Shown here: piece after piece, positions 24,801 through 36,100 of the stretch
Layout of the letters: every line of letters starts with the position of its first letter
Position numbering within the stretch: position 1 is the first letter of the stretch
Assembly: GCF_932526225.1 (NCBI RefSeq)
Contig: NC_064037.1
Coordinates: forward strand, 3,120,996 to 3,184,995
DNA length: 64,000 bases
Reading direction: 5' to 3'
From: Nematostella vectensis
Lineage: Eukaryota
Notes under the pieces: generated by a model
The model's database searches: none
What the model saw: only the letters and a program-made list of their open reading frames with translations
What the model was told of the DNA's origin: nothing
Made by a program: the position numbers and the translations under genes

Positions 24801-27800
24801 TTTTTAATTGCGCTGTTTTCGGCTGCACGAGCTCCCCTATACCTGGGAAGATCACCCCTTCGAAAACGGTGAGCGATCAGAGGCAAAGCGACGCAGAAAG
24901 GGCTGGGTAAACTTTGTTTCGCGAACTCGTGCCCACTGGAAGCCCACGGACAACACACGTGTCTGTTCGGAACACTTCGGTGTTTCAGACTTCTCAATGC
25001 GATATGATTTAATGGAGGGTACGTTTAACATCAAGAAACTTCGCAATGCGATATGATTTAATGGAGGGTACGTTTAACATCAAGAAACTTCGCAATGCGA
25101 TATGATTTAATGGAGGGTACGTTTAACATAAAAAAACTTCGCAATGCGATATGATTTAATGGAGGGTACGTTTAACATCAAGAAACTTCGCAATGCGATA
25201 TGATTTAATGGAGGGTACGTTTAACATCAAGAAACTTCAGATGGATGAAATCGGTATTGTGGCAATACCGTCGATTTACCCGAAGGGAAGCGACGAAAGA
25301 CCAAGCTCATCTAGAGATCGACGAATGGTATGTTTATCGCAGTTGTGCCAAAATTTGATTTGTTTCGGTTCTTGTATATAATTATCCAGGACTGAGTTGA
25401 TCATAGTTTTTGATTACTTAAATATAGGAACTGCGAAAAATTTTAACAGAGTCGAAAGAAAATATCGAAGGTAAGTTTTTTTAATCGACAGGATGATTCC
25501 TTGAGACGTGTCACTTTAGTCCGAAGTTGGATTTTCAAATTATTATTATTGCTTTATCTTTGTTTTTTTTTTTTTGTATCGTTGGTGTTGCAATACCATC
25601 AATGTTATCACGGAAGAGTGGTGATTTTAATGATTTTAATATGTATTAAAATACATAGCCTTTCTCTAACAACACACACGCAACAGAATATTTAACAAAA
25701 TATATAAAACGAGAGTTATAGTTGATATTATTTTTTATTCTAAAAATAAAGAGAAGTCATATCATGCGAGAACAACGATGGTGATCATGATGAGCAGATC
25801 ATTACAAAAAGCAAAGTAAGTCTTTTTATATTGATTTTTTTTGTATTGTCTTTTTTATTTGTGTGGTGGAATGGAGCCATTTTCTTTCAAATGTGATATT
25901 TCTTTATCAAAATTGCTTTACCCCTGTACTAGTTACAACAATGAATTTAAATTGTACGTAATTTGTTGCAAATCAATAAATCATGTGGATAAATAAAAAA
26001 ATGTGAATTTTCTATTTTACCCAATAATTTATCGGTTAATTCCCTGTCTTATACATATTGTTGAAATTTCTTATTTCAGAACTATAAAATGCAGAACGAA
26101 CCGGTGGCTTGTGAAAGGTGCTCTGAACTTTCACATAGGAATCGCAAGATTCGTAATCAGTTAATTTACCAAAGGCTGCAGTCCATCAAGTTCAGGGCAA
26201 AAATAAAGAAGCTAACACGTGGTATGTACTTTTTTCACCCCCATTTTTAGCAGAAATTGTGGAAATGTTGGGTTAGTGGTTGTTTATATCTAATATGTAT
26301 TTGTACTCACGGCTCAATGCCCACAGCCGGACACTCATCGATGACTACTATGCCTGTCCGGTCGGCCATGTCCATGATCTCCTCGGCGTACGGGTAGTGA
26401 CTAGTCCGGAACGAGTTACCTCCTAGCCACTTCATCAGGTTGAAGTCCTTGGCGATAATCACGTTATCGACTCCTTTACCTCGAATCTGAAAAAAAAAAG
26501 ATATCTTAAAGGCTCCGTTTGGCGCACAGCTTCCAATAAGCATCCCTCTTCGAATTAGCGCCCTCTCCCCACTTCTGGATATATTTGCAAGAATAGCCGA
26601 ACACAAGGCTTTTCTGTTTTATAACCCGTTAGTTACCGTTTTTATAGAACACTGAGAAAAGAGTACTGAGCAATTTTAAGTTGTTCTTGTTTCAAATCTA
26701 CAATTTAATTATCAAGCCAGGGGCGGATATAACTTGCGCCAAAGGGGTGTTTGGCTCAGTGACAAGGGGGAGGGGGTAGTTTTTTTTGTTATATGACTCC
26801 TAACGTATGATTTATTAAAGCGATGGCTCTGATGATTATTATACAAAAATTACCTCAGCGGCGAGCGATGATAAAACAGTCGATTACCCCCTCTTCTACG
26901 ATCGCCATGTTTACAACACTGTATGCCCTTTCTTTAGTCAAAACTCTCAGAGATATTCATGTATTTGCTTTACGATACAAACTTTTCGCCAAAGTGTGAT
27001 CAGATGTGGGTCTTATTCTCTGATATCCTAATAAATAGTGTCGATAAAACATAAAATAAGCCGCATACAGCATTAAGTACCGTCTTGTAGTGGCTTGGTC
27101 AATGGCGCGATAAGCCCAAATGCTTATCTACTATACTTACTTTACCATTGCTGGCCGCTAAAGCAATTTTAGTCATAAAATCCAAAAAGGCTCATCGCCT
27201 TTAAGATTCATACTATTGCTCCAGATTGCATTCAACTTTGGTCGATATTTTCGTAAAATATCATTTTCACACCCCATACTGCGCAAAAAATACAAAGTAT
27301 TGTATGGGAATCTTTACTTCCGGTGGATTTTGGTCCAGTTGGTGAAGTTCTTTGGCGCGGCAAAAAATATATTTTTTTACCAAGTTCCTTTCACCTGTCT
27401 TCGATGTGGCAAGGGGGCGTGATTAACAACAATACGGCTGCTCGGATGCCCTCCCAGGTACCAATTGCAAATACAAAGCATCTAATCGGTACTAATCATT
27501 ACAAAAGTTAATAATAATAATACTGGAATATTTGATTCTCTAAATAGGTATCGCATCTATTACTCACGTTTGCATCCTCGTGCTTGCCAAAGCCTTTAAA
27601 GTAAAACTCTTTGTCGTTGATGAGAAATTTAGTGCCTTCAACGCGTACAGTCCTTATTCCCACAGGAAGGCGGTAAACATCTTGTATGTACAACTGAGAC
27701 AACGTCGTTACCTAGAGGATACAAATTTCATCATCGACACCGTCACCAACAAAATCATCACCATCAATTAGTACCCAGGGGCGTAGCCAGGATTTGTAAT

Positions 27801-30800
27801 AGGAGGGGGCCCAAAAGGCCTTTATTTGACATTTTCTCCTAAATTTTTAAAACTGTCCCATGCATTTACTGTATTTTTGGATGCTAGAAGGGGTAGGCCG
27901 AGACCCTTGGGCCCTCCCCCTAGCTACGCCCCTGGTACTAACCGTTATCATCTGAAGACTGATTTCCATATGATCGCACACTATTTCAGCTAAATTGACC
28001 GTACGATAGCAACCGATCGCTGCTGCTTTCTATATAAACGCACGAATTATTGCTTCACCTTACAGTTCTTTAATCCCTTGGGAGTCAGGTAGGGGGGGGG
28101 GGGTCTCGTAAGTTTTTTTCTAAAAAAGGAAAGGTCAGATGTGTATGCCCCCCCTGTTTTCTTAATGTCCCTTGGCGGCCAAAAAGTGGGTCATTTCTTA
28201 TTAAGGAATCTTCAAATACGATGCTTTTTCAATATGATACCTAACCCCCCCCCCCCCCCTCCTCCCTCGGCCAATCCTGGGTACGCGCATGTCCATGTCC
28301 GTTAGGACCCTGCCATTTAACGCAACCCCCCGTACCTTGAGTGTGTACAGATATGCCGTGTTGTTGGTCATTCCAATTGGCCACCACAGGACCGGATTCC
28401 GGACAGTTAACTCTCCCTCAAACTTCTCTGTCCCTTCAACGGTTTCCACGACAAACCCCTCGTGGTCCAGTAACTCGTACTTCATATTGATGTCCCCTCT
28501 CGGAATAGACTTGATGGCACCCACCACTGACAGAAACTTGACAGTCCCGACATTACCATGGAATGACGTTGTTATGGTGATGTCAGAGAGGAAGACAACT
28601 GGGGTTGTGTAAAGTTTGACGGGGCGATTGATGCCGGCGTAATTAAAGAAGTCGAACTTGTAGGTCTGTACATTATAACCATCAGGGTGCCTGGACATCG
28701 GTAGTGACAATGAAAAAAACAAGGATACATTTATGTACATTCATGCCTTACCATACGAGTAGTACAAGTGTACATATGGGGGTACTTACTAGATGAGTGT
28801 TCACTCGAGGAGTAAATGTTATTTAATTCATGTGAGGTCGGTAGCTTATTATACGAATGTACGCGTATTCATGTGAGGCTGGTAGCTTATTATACGAATG
28901 TACGCGTATTCGTGTGAGGTCGGTAGCTTATTATACGAATGTACGGGTATTCATGTGAGGTCGGTAGCTTATTATACGAATGTACGCGTATTCATGTGAG
29001 GCTGGTAGCTTATTATACGAATGTACGGGTATTCATGTGAGGTCGGTAGCTTATTATACGAATGTACGCGTATTCATGTGAGGCTGGTAGCTTATTATAC
29101 GAATGAACGCGTATTCATGTGAGGCTGGTAGCTTATTATACGAATGTACGCGTATTCATGTGAGGCTGGTAGCTTATTATACGAATGTACGCGTATTCAT
29201 GTGAGGTCGGTAGCTTATTATACGAATGTACGGGTATTCATGTGAGGTCGGTAGCTTATTATACAAATGTACGCGTATTCATGTGAGGTCGGTAGCTTAT
29301 TATACGAATGTACGCGTATTCATGTGAGGTCGGTAGCTTATTATACGAATGTACGCGTATTCATGTGAGGTCGGTAGCTTATTATACGAATGTACGGGTA
29401 TTCATGTGAGGCTGGTAGCTTACTATATGAATACCATGAGAGGCTGGCTGCAAGCAAGTAGTGCCCATGTATGGGGGGCACATACAATCAGAAAGTGGGT
29501 GTTCCTTTTAAGTTGGTTGCAAACTATACGAATGTAAGGGTATTTACTTGGTAAAAGTGCGCTCTTGGGCGGAACAGGAGCGAGGGTGTTAAACAACTCA
29601 CCAGCTCCACGAGGACGGGAGATGTTCTACCTTCCCAGGGGGGAGGGTGGTGGGGGTGAGCGTGTTGTTGATGGCCACTGTAACCCTATTAGACTTATCG
29701 TAGCGTAGAAACTCACTGATGTCTGCCTCAAAGGCTAGGTAACCGCCCTCGTGTTCCGTCACCTTCTCGCCGTTCAACCACTGCAAGACATCCATATTAC
29801 ATACTCACGGACAAGCCGCGATGCATACGCTAAAATACAAATAAGGAATGCATACTACAAATTCGGCACTGGTGATTGCAGGCATATCGCCATGATGTTT
29901 CAGCACGGCAAGAGCGCGATGCATGAATATTGGGCCCGAGGTAAGTGACACACACGGCAAGAGCGCGATGCATGAATATTGGGCACGAGGTAAGTAACAC
30001 ACACGGCAAGAGCGCGATGCGTGAATATTGGGCACGAGGTAAGTAACACACACGGCAAGAGCGCGATGCATGAATATTGGGCCCGAGGTAAGTAACACAC
30101 ACGGCAAGAGCGCGATGCATGAATATTGGGCCCGAGGTAAGTGACACACACGGCAAGAGCGCGATGCGTGAATATTGGGCCCGAGGTAAGTAACACACAC
30201 GGCAAGAGCGCGATGCGTGAATATTGGGCACGAGGTAAGTGACACACACGGCAAGAGCGCGATGCGTGAATATTGGGCCCGAGGTAAGTAACACACACGG
30301 CAAGAGCGCGATGCATGAATATTGGGCCCGAGGTAAGTAACACACACGGCAAGAGCGCGATGCGTGAATATTGGGACCGAGGTAAGTAACACACACGGCA
30401 AGAGCGCGATGCATGAATATTGGGCCCGAGGTAAGTAACACACACGGCAAGAGCGCGATGCGTGAATATTGGGCCCGAGGTAAGTAACACACACGGAAAG
30501 AGCGCGATGCGTGAATATTGGGCCCGAGGTAAGTAACAAACACGGCAAGAGCGCGATGCGTGAATATTGGGCCCGAGGTAAGTAACAAACACGGCAAGAG
30601 CGCGATGCGTGAATATTGGGCCCGAGGTAAGTAACACACACGGCAAGAGCGCGATGCATGAATATTGGGCCCGAGGTAAGTAACACACACGGCAAGAGCG
30701 CGATGCGTGAATATTGGGCCCGAGGTAAGTAACACACACGGCAAGAGCGCGATGCATGAATATTGGGCCCGAGGTAAGTAACACACACGGCAAGAGCGCG

Positions 30801-33236
30801 ATGCATGAATATTGGGCCTGAGGTAAGTAACACACACGGCAAGAGCGCGATGCATGAATATTGGGCCCGAGGTAAGTAACACACACGGCAAGAGCGCGAT
30901 GCATGAATATTGGGCCCGAGGTAAGTAACACACACGGCAAGAGCGCGATGCGTGAATATTGGGCCCGAGGTAAGTAACACACACGGCAAGAGCGCGATGC
31001 GTGAATATTGGGCCCGAGGTAAGTAAGACACACGGCAAGAGCGCGATACGTGAATATTGGGCCCGAGGTAAGTAACACACACGGAAAGAGCGCGATGCGT
31101 GAATATTGGGCCCGAGGTAAGTAACACACACGGCAAGAGCGCGATGCATGAATATTGGGCCCGAGGTAAGTAACACACACGGCAAGAGCGCGATGCATGA
31201 ATATTGGGCCCGAGGTAAGTAACACACACGGCAAGAGCGCGATGCATGAATATTGGGCCCGAGGTAAGTAACACACACGGCAAGAGCGCGATGCGTGAAT
31301 ATTGGGCACGAGGTAAGTAACACACACGGCAAGAGCGCGATGCGTGAATATTGGGCCCGAGGTAAGTAAGACACACGGCAAGAGCGCGATGCGTGAATAT
31401 TGGGCCCGAGGTAAGTAAGACACACGGCAAGAGCGCGATACGTGAATATTGGGCCCGAGGTAAGTAACACACACGGAAAGAGCGCGATGCGTGAATATTG
31501 GGCCCGAGGTAAGTAACACACACGGCAAGAGCGCGATGCATGAATATTGGGCCCGAGGTAAGTAACACACACGGCAAGAGCGCGATGCGTGAATATTGGG
31601 CCCGAGGTAAGTAACACACACGGCAAGAGCGCGATGCATGAATATTGGGCCCGAGGTAAGTAAGACACACGGCAAGAGCGCGATGCATGAATATTGGGCC
31701 CGAGGTAAGTGACACACACGGCAAGAGCGCGATACGTGAATATTGGGCCCGAGGTAAGTAACACACACGGCAAGAGCGCGATGCGTGAATATTGGGCCCG
31801 AGGTAAGTAACACACACGGCAAGAGCGCGATGCGTGAATATTGGGCCCGAGGTAAGTAACACATACGTACCACTTTCGTGTAGTAGTTAGCGCCTTCAAA
31901 GCGGAGCACCACTCGGGTGTTAGAGTCATTCCATCTGGAAGGGACGTAAGTCTGCATGTCGTACCATGCCCAGCCGCGGAAGTCCCGGATGCCCTTATCC
32001 TGGGTTATGTCGTTATAGCTCGCAGGAACTGGCATGGGGATAACTTCACCTGACTTTAGACATGATTATTATCTTATATAAATAAGCAAATTATGCGAAG
32101 AGATCTTGAAATAAACAATGAAGTGAACCATTTCTCAAATTCAATCGAAAATATTTGATAATAAAACTACTCGAATAAAACAGCTTCCAGGCCCGTACAG
32201 TGACGTCACTGTACAGGCCCGTACCCAGGATTTTTCTTGGGGGAGTGCGAAATCCGAAAACGTGGACCAAATTTTTGGGGGGGAGAGATTGGAGGGAGTT
32301 TTCTGATAAAAATCTGACCACCCCCGTAAGAACAAAAAGGGATTTTTTATGCCTTTGCAGTATCTCCACGGACATTTATTGTCGGATTTGGCTACAAATA
32401 AAGTCTGACTTATGGATTGATGACATACCTGAGTGATCAAGCTTATGCTTTATAGTTTTGTCTACAAATAGCACGTCTATTGAGAACCAAAGTGGACTTT
32501 TGGCCGTTGTGGGGGGTTCGCAAACCCCTTTGGTACGGGCCTGGCTTCTGTTACCGGCTTCTATTTAATGACAATTTTACACTTAAAAAATATATTTATA
32601 TATAAATCGTGAAAGCACACAAAAAAACGGAAAATTTTGATAGCTCAAGAATTTTTTATACAAGAGTTTTAGCCCTGGCCAAACGAAACGCAAGCCCTCC
32701 TTCAGTAAATCCTGGATACGCGCTTGTGTGTCAAGGTGTACTAGAATGTCAGAGGCAACAATCCCTCTAGCAGAATAAACGGGTGAAATTCGACAGCTTG
32801 CCATAAAAAAAATTTTAGAATAAAACTTTGAATTTTATAAAACTTTGAATTACTTAGAAGGCAGTATTCTTTTTTTCCAACTTCGATATCTTAGTCAGTG
32901 TTATCAAATATTTTACCACCTATGGTTTTGGAATATTTTTCACAGTACAGTAAACACACGTGGCGCCTATAGTGCGAAAATGCGGCAATATCTTTCCCAA
33001 GAGAAAACATCATATAGACAAAATTAATATACCTTTTCTAGAGGTCTGCTAAACCAAGACTCTGCAAATCCAGCTTCTTTGTCTTTACTATTGTCCACCC
33101 GAAAATTCCACAATCCGCTAAGATCTTTGATCTCTCTGCTCTCTGATTCACGAGGAAACAACATTCCAGGCAAAGTGTTAGCATTACATGTGATTGTCAT
33201 GAAGATAAATGTGAGAAGTCCCTTTAAAGCACCCAT
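15806..33236 (-). CDS. GUSB: Beta-glucuronidase (GH2), 11 coding exons on the minus strand: 33033-33236 (ATG at 33236), 31871-32053, 29602-29780, 28336-28690, 27568-27711, 26311-26486, 22616-22762, 22091-22175, 17566-17742, 16570-16672, 15806-16023 (stop TAG 15806-15808). Total 1971 nt, about 656 aa
   Basis: Spliced translation aligns along its whole length with remembered human GUSB. Matching blocks include [116 protein letters not shown]...[86 protein letters not shown]. All 10 introns are GT-AG and phases are consistent. Confidence 0.9.
16035..16200. repeat. Cryptic tandem cluster of about 10 (a)catgtcaat(cag) motifs spaced 11-22 bp, in GUSB intron 10
   Basis: Direct reading: ttagacatgtcaat x3, aaatgtcaatcag and so on. 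Confidence 0.6.
16995..17185. mobile_element. Palindromic MITE-like element (TIR ctgggtaccagaggc ... gcctctggtacccagg; A/T-rich centre with (tta)n)
   Basis: Arms are reverse complements (cttgactgtcacgccggtcttggctacgaggaggg / ccctcgtagtcgagaccggcgt). Confidence 0.55.
17505..17525. repeat. G(21) homopolymer, which is poly-C on the GUSB coding strand, about 40 nt downstream of the GUSB exon 9 donor
   Basis: Direct reading. It creates a read-through ORF (17281-17886, minus) that encodes PPPPPPP. Confidence 0.8.
18212..18570 (+). repeat. Tandem duplication (~190 bp x2) of the promoter-proximal region and 5' part of exon 1 of the SLC16-like gene
   Basis: Copy 1 is at 18212-18400 and copy 2 at 18403-18570, about 90 percent identical. 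Both contain ctgtggtaaatacccgaggtcaa...caatcacccaccgacctcgcat.caagatcgactgcagaa.gctggctttgt...acagcATGaag(a/t)gtgtaga. Copy 2 continues into the real exon, whereas copy 1 diverges and hits a stop. Confidence 0.8.
18498..21936 (+). CDS. Monocarboxylate-transporter-like (SLC16 / MFS) gene, 4 coding exons: 18498-18675, 19297-20243, 20327-20696, 21746-21936 (TGA 21934-21936). It is nested antisense inside the GUSB intron between GUSB exons 22091-22175 and 17566-17742
   Basis: Translation has MCT-like transmembrane blocks ([22 protein letters not shown]; [34 protein letters not shown]; [20 protein letters not shown]) and a long hydrophilic TM6-7 loop. The C-terminal exon [29 protein letters not shown] matches the MCT1 (G)RLVDATGSYTAAFFVAGG region from memory. 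GT-AG junctions and phases are consistent. Confidence 0.8.
20697..21110. repeat. 24-bp minisatellite x~17 (gagGGTAAGACCGACATGCACTTC) starting exactly at the exon 3 donor of the SLC16-like gene; a second block of ~5 units lies at 21352-21480
   Basis: Each unit contains a GGTAAGA donor-like motif. The period is a multiple of 3, giving artefact ORFs on both strands (20554-21213 minus, 20731-21009 plus and others). Confidence 0.85.
21352..21480. repeat. Second block of the same 24-bp minisatellite (about 5 units) in the same intron
   Basis: agaccgacatgcacttcgag repeats. Confidence 0.8.
23560..24430. repeat. About 150-bp tandem repeat x6, each unit carrying a palindromic double CRE (tgtgacgtcatcgatgacgtcac), a third TGACGTCA and often an E-box cacgtg; about 400 bp upstream of the THAP ORF
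   Basis: Roughly 15-18 perfect TGACGTCA octamers in 870 bp by direct reading. Units begin caaccaa(a/t)cttgg(c/t)aggtgtcatg. Confidence 0.8.
24797..24989 (+). CDS. THAP-type zinc-finger (C2CH) ORF, first coding exon. The N-terminal [10 protein letters not shown] is in one frame and LHELP...[30 protein letters not shown] is in the +2 frame, ending at the donor GGAGG|gtacgt
   Basis: C-x4-C and C-x2-H spacing plus FHxFP-like, RRRKxW and WKPT motifs fit the THAP signature, but the two halves are in different frames with no valid intron between them. This could be a frameshift, a pseudogene or a sequence error. Downstream candidate exons 25243-25328, 25429-25471 and 26083-26222 have good splice signals but unverified frames. 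Confidence 0.4.
24985..25245 (+). repeat. 50-bp tandem repeat x5 whose unit is the 3' end of the THAP exon plus its donor (gcgatatgatttaatggagg|gtacgtttaacatcaagaaacttcgcaat)
   Basis: Direct reading; five tandem copies of the exon-end/donor junction. Confidence 0.85.
27770..27935. mobile_element. MITE family B (TIR cccaggggcgtagccagg ... cctagctacgcccctgg), about 160 bp, in a GUSB intron
   Basis: Perfect 16-bp terminal inverted repeats; a related fragment is at 26705-26770. Confidence 0.65.
28170..28290. mobile_element. Dispersed element family E (ggccaaaaagtgggtcatttcttattaaggaatcttcaaat...poly-C...ccaatcctgggtacgcgc); second copy at 63190-63330
   Basis: Two copies of ~120 bp share >85 percent identity and include a C-homopolymer. 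Confidence 0.55.
28790..29440. repeat. 41-bp minisatellite x~15 (ggtagcttattatacgaatgtacgcgtattcatgtgaggtc) in GUSB intron 3
   Basis: Direct reading; the period is 41 bp between ggtagc occurrences. Confidence 0.85.
29885..31865. repeat. 60-bp minisatellite x~33 (cacggcaagagcgcgatgc(a/g)tgaatattgggcccgaggtaagtaacaca) filling almost all of GUSB intron 2, abutting the exon 2 donor (31870) and ending about 100 bp from the exon 3 acceptor
   Basis: Every unit carries a perfect consensus 5' splice site GAG|GTAAGT on the plus strand, antisense to GUSB. The three long minus-strand ORFs (29805-31862, 29830-31929, 29900-32035) are periodicity artefacts, except that the first ~45 codons of the last one are real GUSB exon 2. 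Confidence 0.9.
32196..32549. mobile_element. MITE family A copy (see 15141-15407)
   Basis: TIR caggcccgtacccagg / cctggtacgggcctgg with a shared internal sequence. Confidence 0.65.
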
Positions 33237-34691
33237 GGTGAGGGTGACGAATCTAGTTTGAAAGAGATATATTCACATTATTTCGCTTAGTTTTGAAAGT
33301 CGCTAGTTTAGCTTTCACTCAGAGCGGGTGGCGGTAGTGGCGGTGGCATACCGGTTTAACACAGGGAACCCATGGTAACACATGGTACCGGAATAGAACA
33401 CTGTTTGCAAGACAAAAGAGTCGTAATAGTCGTAACGGAAAGTTTTGCAGCACCCTTAGAAACAAGAAATTTGCGGGTTGCGCAGTCACGCAAAAGATTT
33501 ATAAATTGTATGTCTGTAAAAAAAGGGCAAAAAATAAACTGTGAACAGTGAACTGCTAGTTTTCTCGTAAAGTGGCCAGTTTTTGCAGTTTCGTTTTTAG
33601 GAGATAAGATGACAATTATTACTCGTTTTTTGACGATAAGCTGAGTATTTGAATACAGGAAATTGTTGCAGGCAAGAATAGCAGTTGCACCTTGCAGTGT
33701 TTAGTGTCCATCTCCAAAAATTTATTTGAGTGCCAATTATATAACAGTGGTAAGCCGACCGTTCAATCTGTCTTTTTATTATTCATATATTTGCTATTCT
33801 TGTTTTAATAGGAGCAAAGTCTATTACATTTTGCTTTACTTAAATAGCTGCTGGTGGAGAACCAGTGTGGACAACATGTAAAAACTGCTGTCTGTTTACT
33901 GCTACGGGATTCCGCGTTGGCAAGCTTTCTTGAGCGAATTGCACAAAGCAAGGAAAATGGACAAGACACGGATGTCTGTGCTCCCAATTAGCTAGTCTTT
34001 CAGGTGATGGCAGACAACACTCAAATACTCCATACTTATCTTAGAAAAACATTAAGGGAAATTTTCTAAATACTATACTAAAAGTACTAAAGAATAAGTA
34101 AAATATAGTGATTTAACTCGGCGAGGTGCACGAACTGATCACGTGACCTTTTGAGTGGCATTTTCAAGCCAAAATAAACACAGAAATTACTGCGCCTGTC
34201 ACACCAGAAACAACAAAAAATAAAATCGTTAATAAATAAAAATATGCCCTTTCTGATTGCCTAAGCACTTATTAAAATAAGTTGTTGTTTTTTTTCCACT
34301 AAAAGCCAGAGCATGTGCACATTTGACACACAAAAAGTCACATGTTCTGTTAGTGTAATTTGCATATTGCTATTCACAAGAATGGCTGTAAACCTGGTAT
34401 GAATCTCTAGTACATTTGGTGATATTATTTTCTTGATTGGACCATCAGCGTTTTAATAATGATTTAATAAAAACCGATATGTTATAGTATAATTGATCTT
34501 GATGCCTGCCTCGTACCCAGGCGTTTCAAGTCAGTAAAAACAAGTGAAACATATAATAGTGAATGCAATCAGCCATGGGAAGGTTCATGGGAACAAGGGA
34601 AGGGTCAACATTTTTCGTTCTACCCCTGCGTGCTTACTCTGGTCATGCGAGAACTGTGGGTGCTTAAAAGGTGGTAGATGGTTAGAGGAAT

Positions 34692-35741
34692 TCATTTTAC
34701 CATTTTGATGATTTTTGTACAAAGGATACATGCATAGCCAGCTACTATGCCACCAATATGCATAAAGACAGAGCCATGGTGAAACGCCAAATAATATAGC
34801 ACTAGACATGCCCAGGGAAGTACTGAACAAGGAATCTTGACTATACTAAATCCACACTCTTTAAACTTGATAACCTTTGATACCACAACAAGTAAACCGA
34901 AGACGACCCCTGACATACCAAGACTGCACCCATGGAACAGCTCATGTGCAATATGGTAAAGTAGAGTTGCCATAGCAACTTCTAGTAGTGTTGAGATCAA
35001 CCAGAAGATGATGAGGATGAGTGTCATAAGAATGGTTCCAATGTGTTTTTCAATCAGACTTCCCAGGGCAAGCATCGGAAGTATTGTGATGGCGAGATGC
35101 CAGGGACCCTTGTGGAAGAATGCATGTGTAAAGATTCTGTAGACTGAAAGAAAGCAAATAGTAATGTAAGTATAGAGTTGATATAGAGTTAGAATTACAA
35201 ATTCAAGGAATTTTTGTCGCATTTGTCTTGGAGATTTTCCTCACTGCTCTGCGACTCAGAATTGCCAATGTAAAAAAATGATGCAACCTCAGCAATTTTT
35301 GTATTAGTAGTCAAACATGTGAAACCTGTGCATCAAAAATCATTTCAACAGATGTGGCAAAAATTGCACTAAAAATTTAAATTGTAAACCAGCCTTAAAC
35401 TTGCTGGCAATGTGGTTCACAGTGTAAATTCATTTTATAGTTTGGTAAATACAGACCCAATATCACTTTTTAGATATGTTCTTTGTTTTAGGGAAGCCAT
35501 GGTGCCACATTTATCATTTCTTTGTTAGACAACCTCTCCCCCCCGTCTCTATTACACCCCCCCTCCCCCTCCCCCTTCCCTACTCACTTTCACGTGTCCG
35601 CACTATTCCATGGGCTTTTAGACAGACATGCTTATGCTGTGTACCAACACTCTTCGGTCCCACCAAGTGCAGCGAGCAGCATACGATGACAATGATAGAT
35701 GTTACAAGCGGAACACGCAGAACTTTAGCAACCGCCATCAT
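34692..35741 (-). CDS. Rhomboid-family intramembrane serine protease-like (RHBDD1-like?). Coding exons 35588-35741 (ATG 35741) and 34692-35143; 3' end uncertain, with an alternative donor AAAATG|gtaaaa at about 34710
   Basis: GxSG catalytic-serine motif (HGCSLGMSGVVFGL) and a downstream His (AFHHGSVFMHIGGIVAGYA) in transmembrane context. The N-terminal ...RIFTHAFFHKGPWHL resembles RHBDD1 LSPLHHADDWHL. Exon 1 to 2 junction gtgagt ... ctttcag is phase-consistent. Confidence 0.55.
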
Positions 35742-36100
35742 TCATCACACTAGCAAAGGATTTCTTGCATTTATATGCAGAAAAATGATCTAGAACAAAA
35801 ACTCAACAAACTTAGGCTAAAAACGAATCATTATACATACAGATAAGGAGTTAAGTTATATTTTCGATCCCTAGAAGAACTTTCCAAACCACGAAAAAAT
35901 TTGCGATGTTTTTTTTTTTTACTTTCCACGTCGATTAGCGCCCGTGGTTATTTTGTTTTGACTCTGCGGTAGATCGTGTGCTCATATGCGCAAGCGCGTT
36001 CTTTACCACAGCTACCGCTGACAATGACAACGAAAAAAAAAATCGCTGAAAAGTCGGAAAAAGTTTGTCAAAATGGGAACATAAATTTAATAAATACAGA

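Noticed and set aside
29805-32035. Three overlapping 685-711 aa minus-strand ORFs
   Set aside because: They lie entirely within the 60-bp x33 minisatellite; the period is a multiple of 3, so every frame stays open. Only the first ~45 codons of the 29900..32035 ORF ([13 protein letters not shown]...YYTKV) are real GUSB exon 2.
34585-34830. Second minus-strand ORF overlapping the rhomboid-like exon in another frame
   Set aside because: No splice-consistent way to join it to the rhomboid ORF (the implied intron would be under 40 nt); likely spurious. The rhomboid 3' end remains uncertain.
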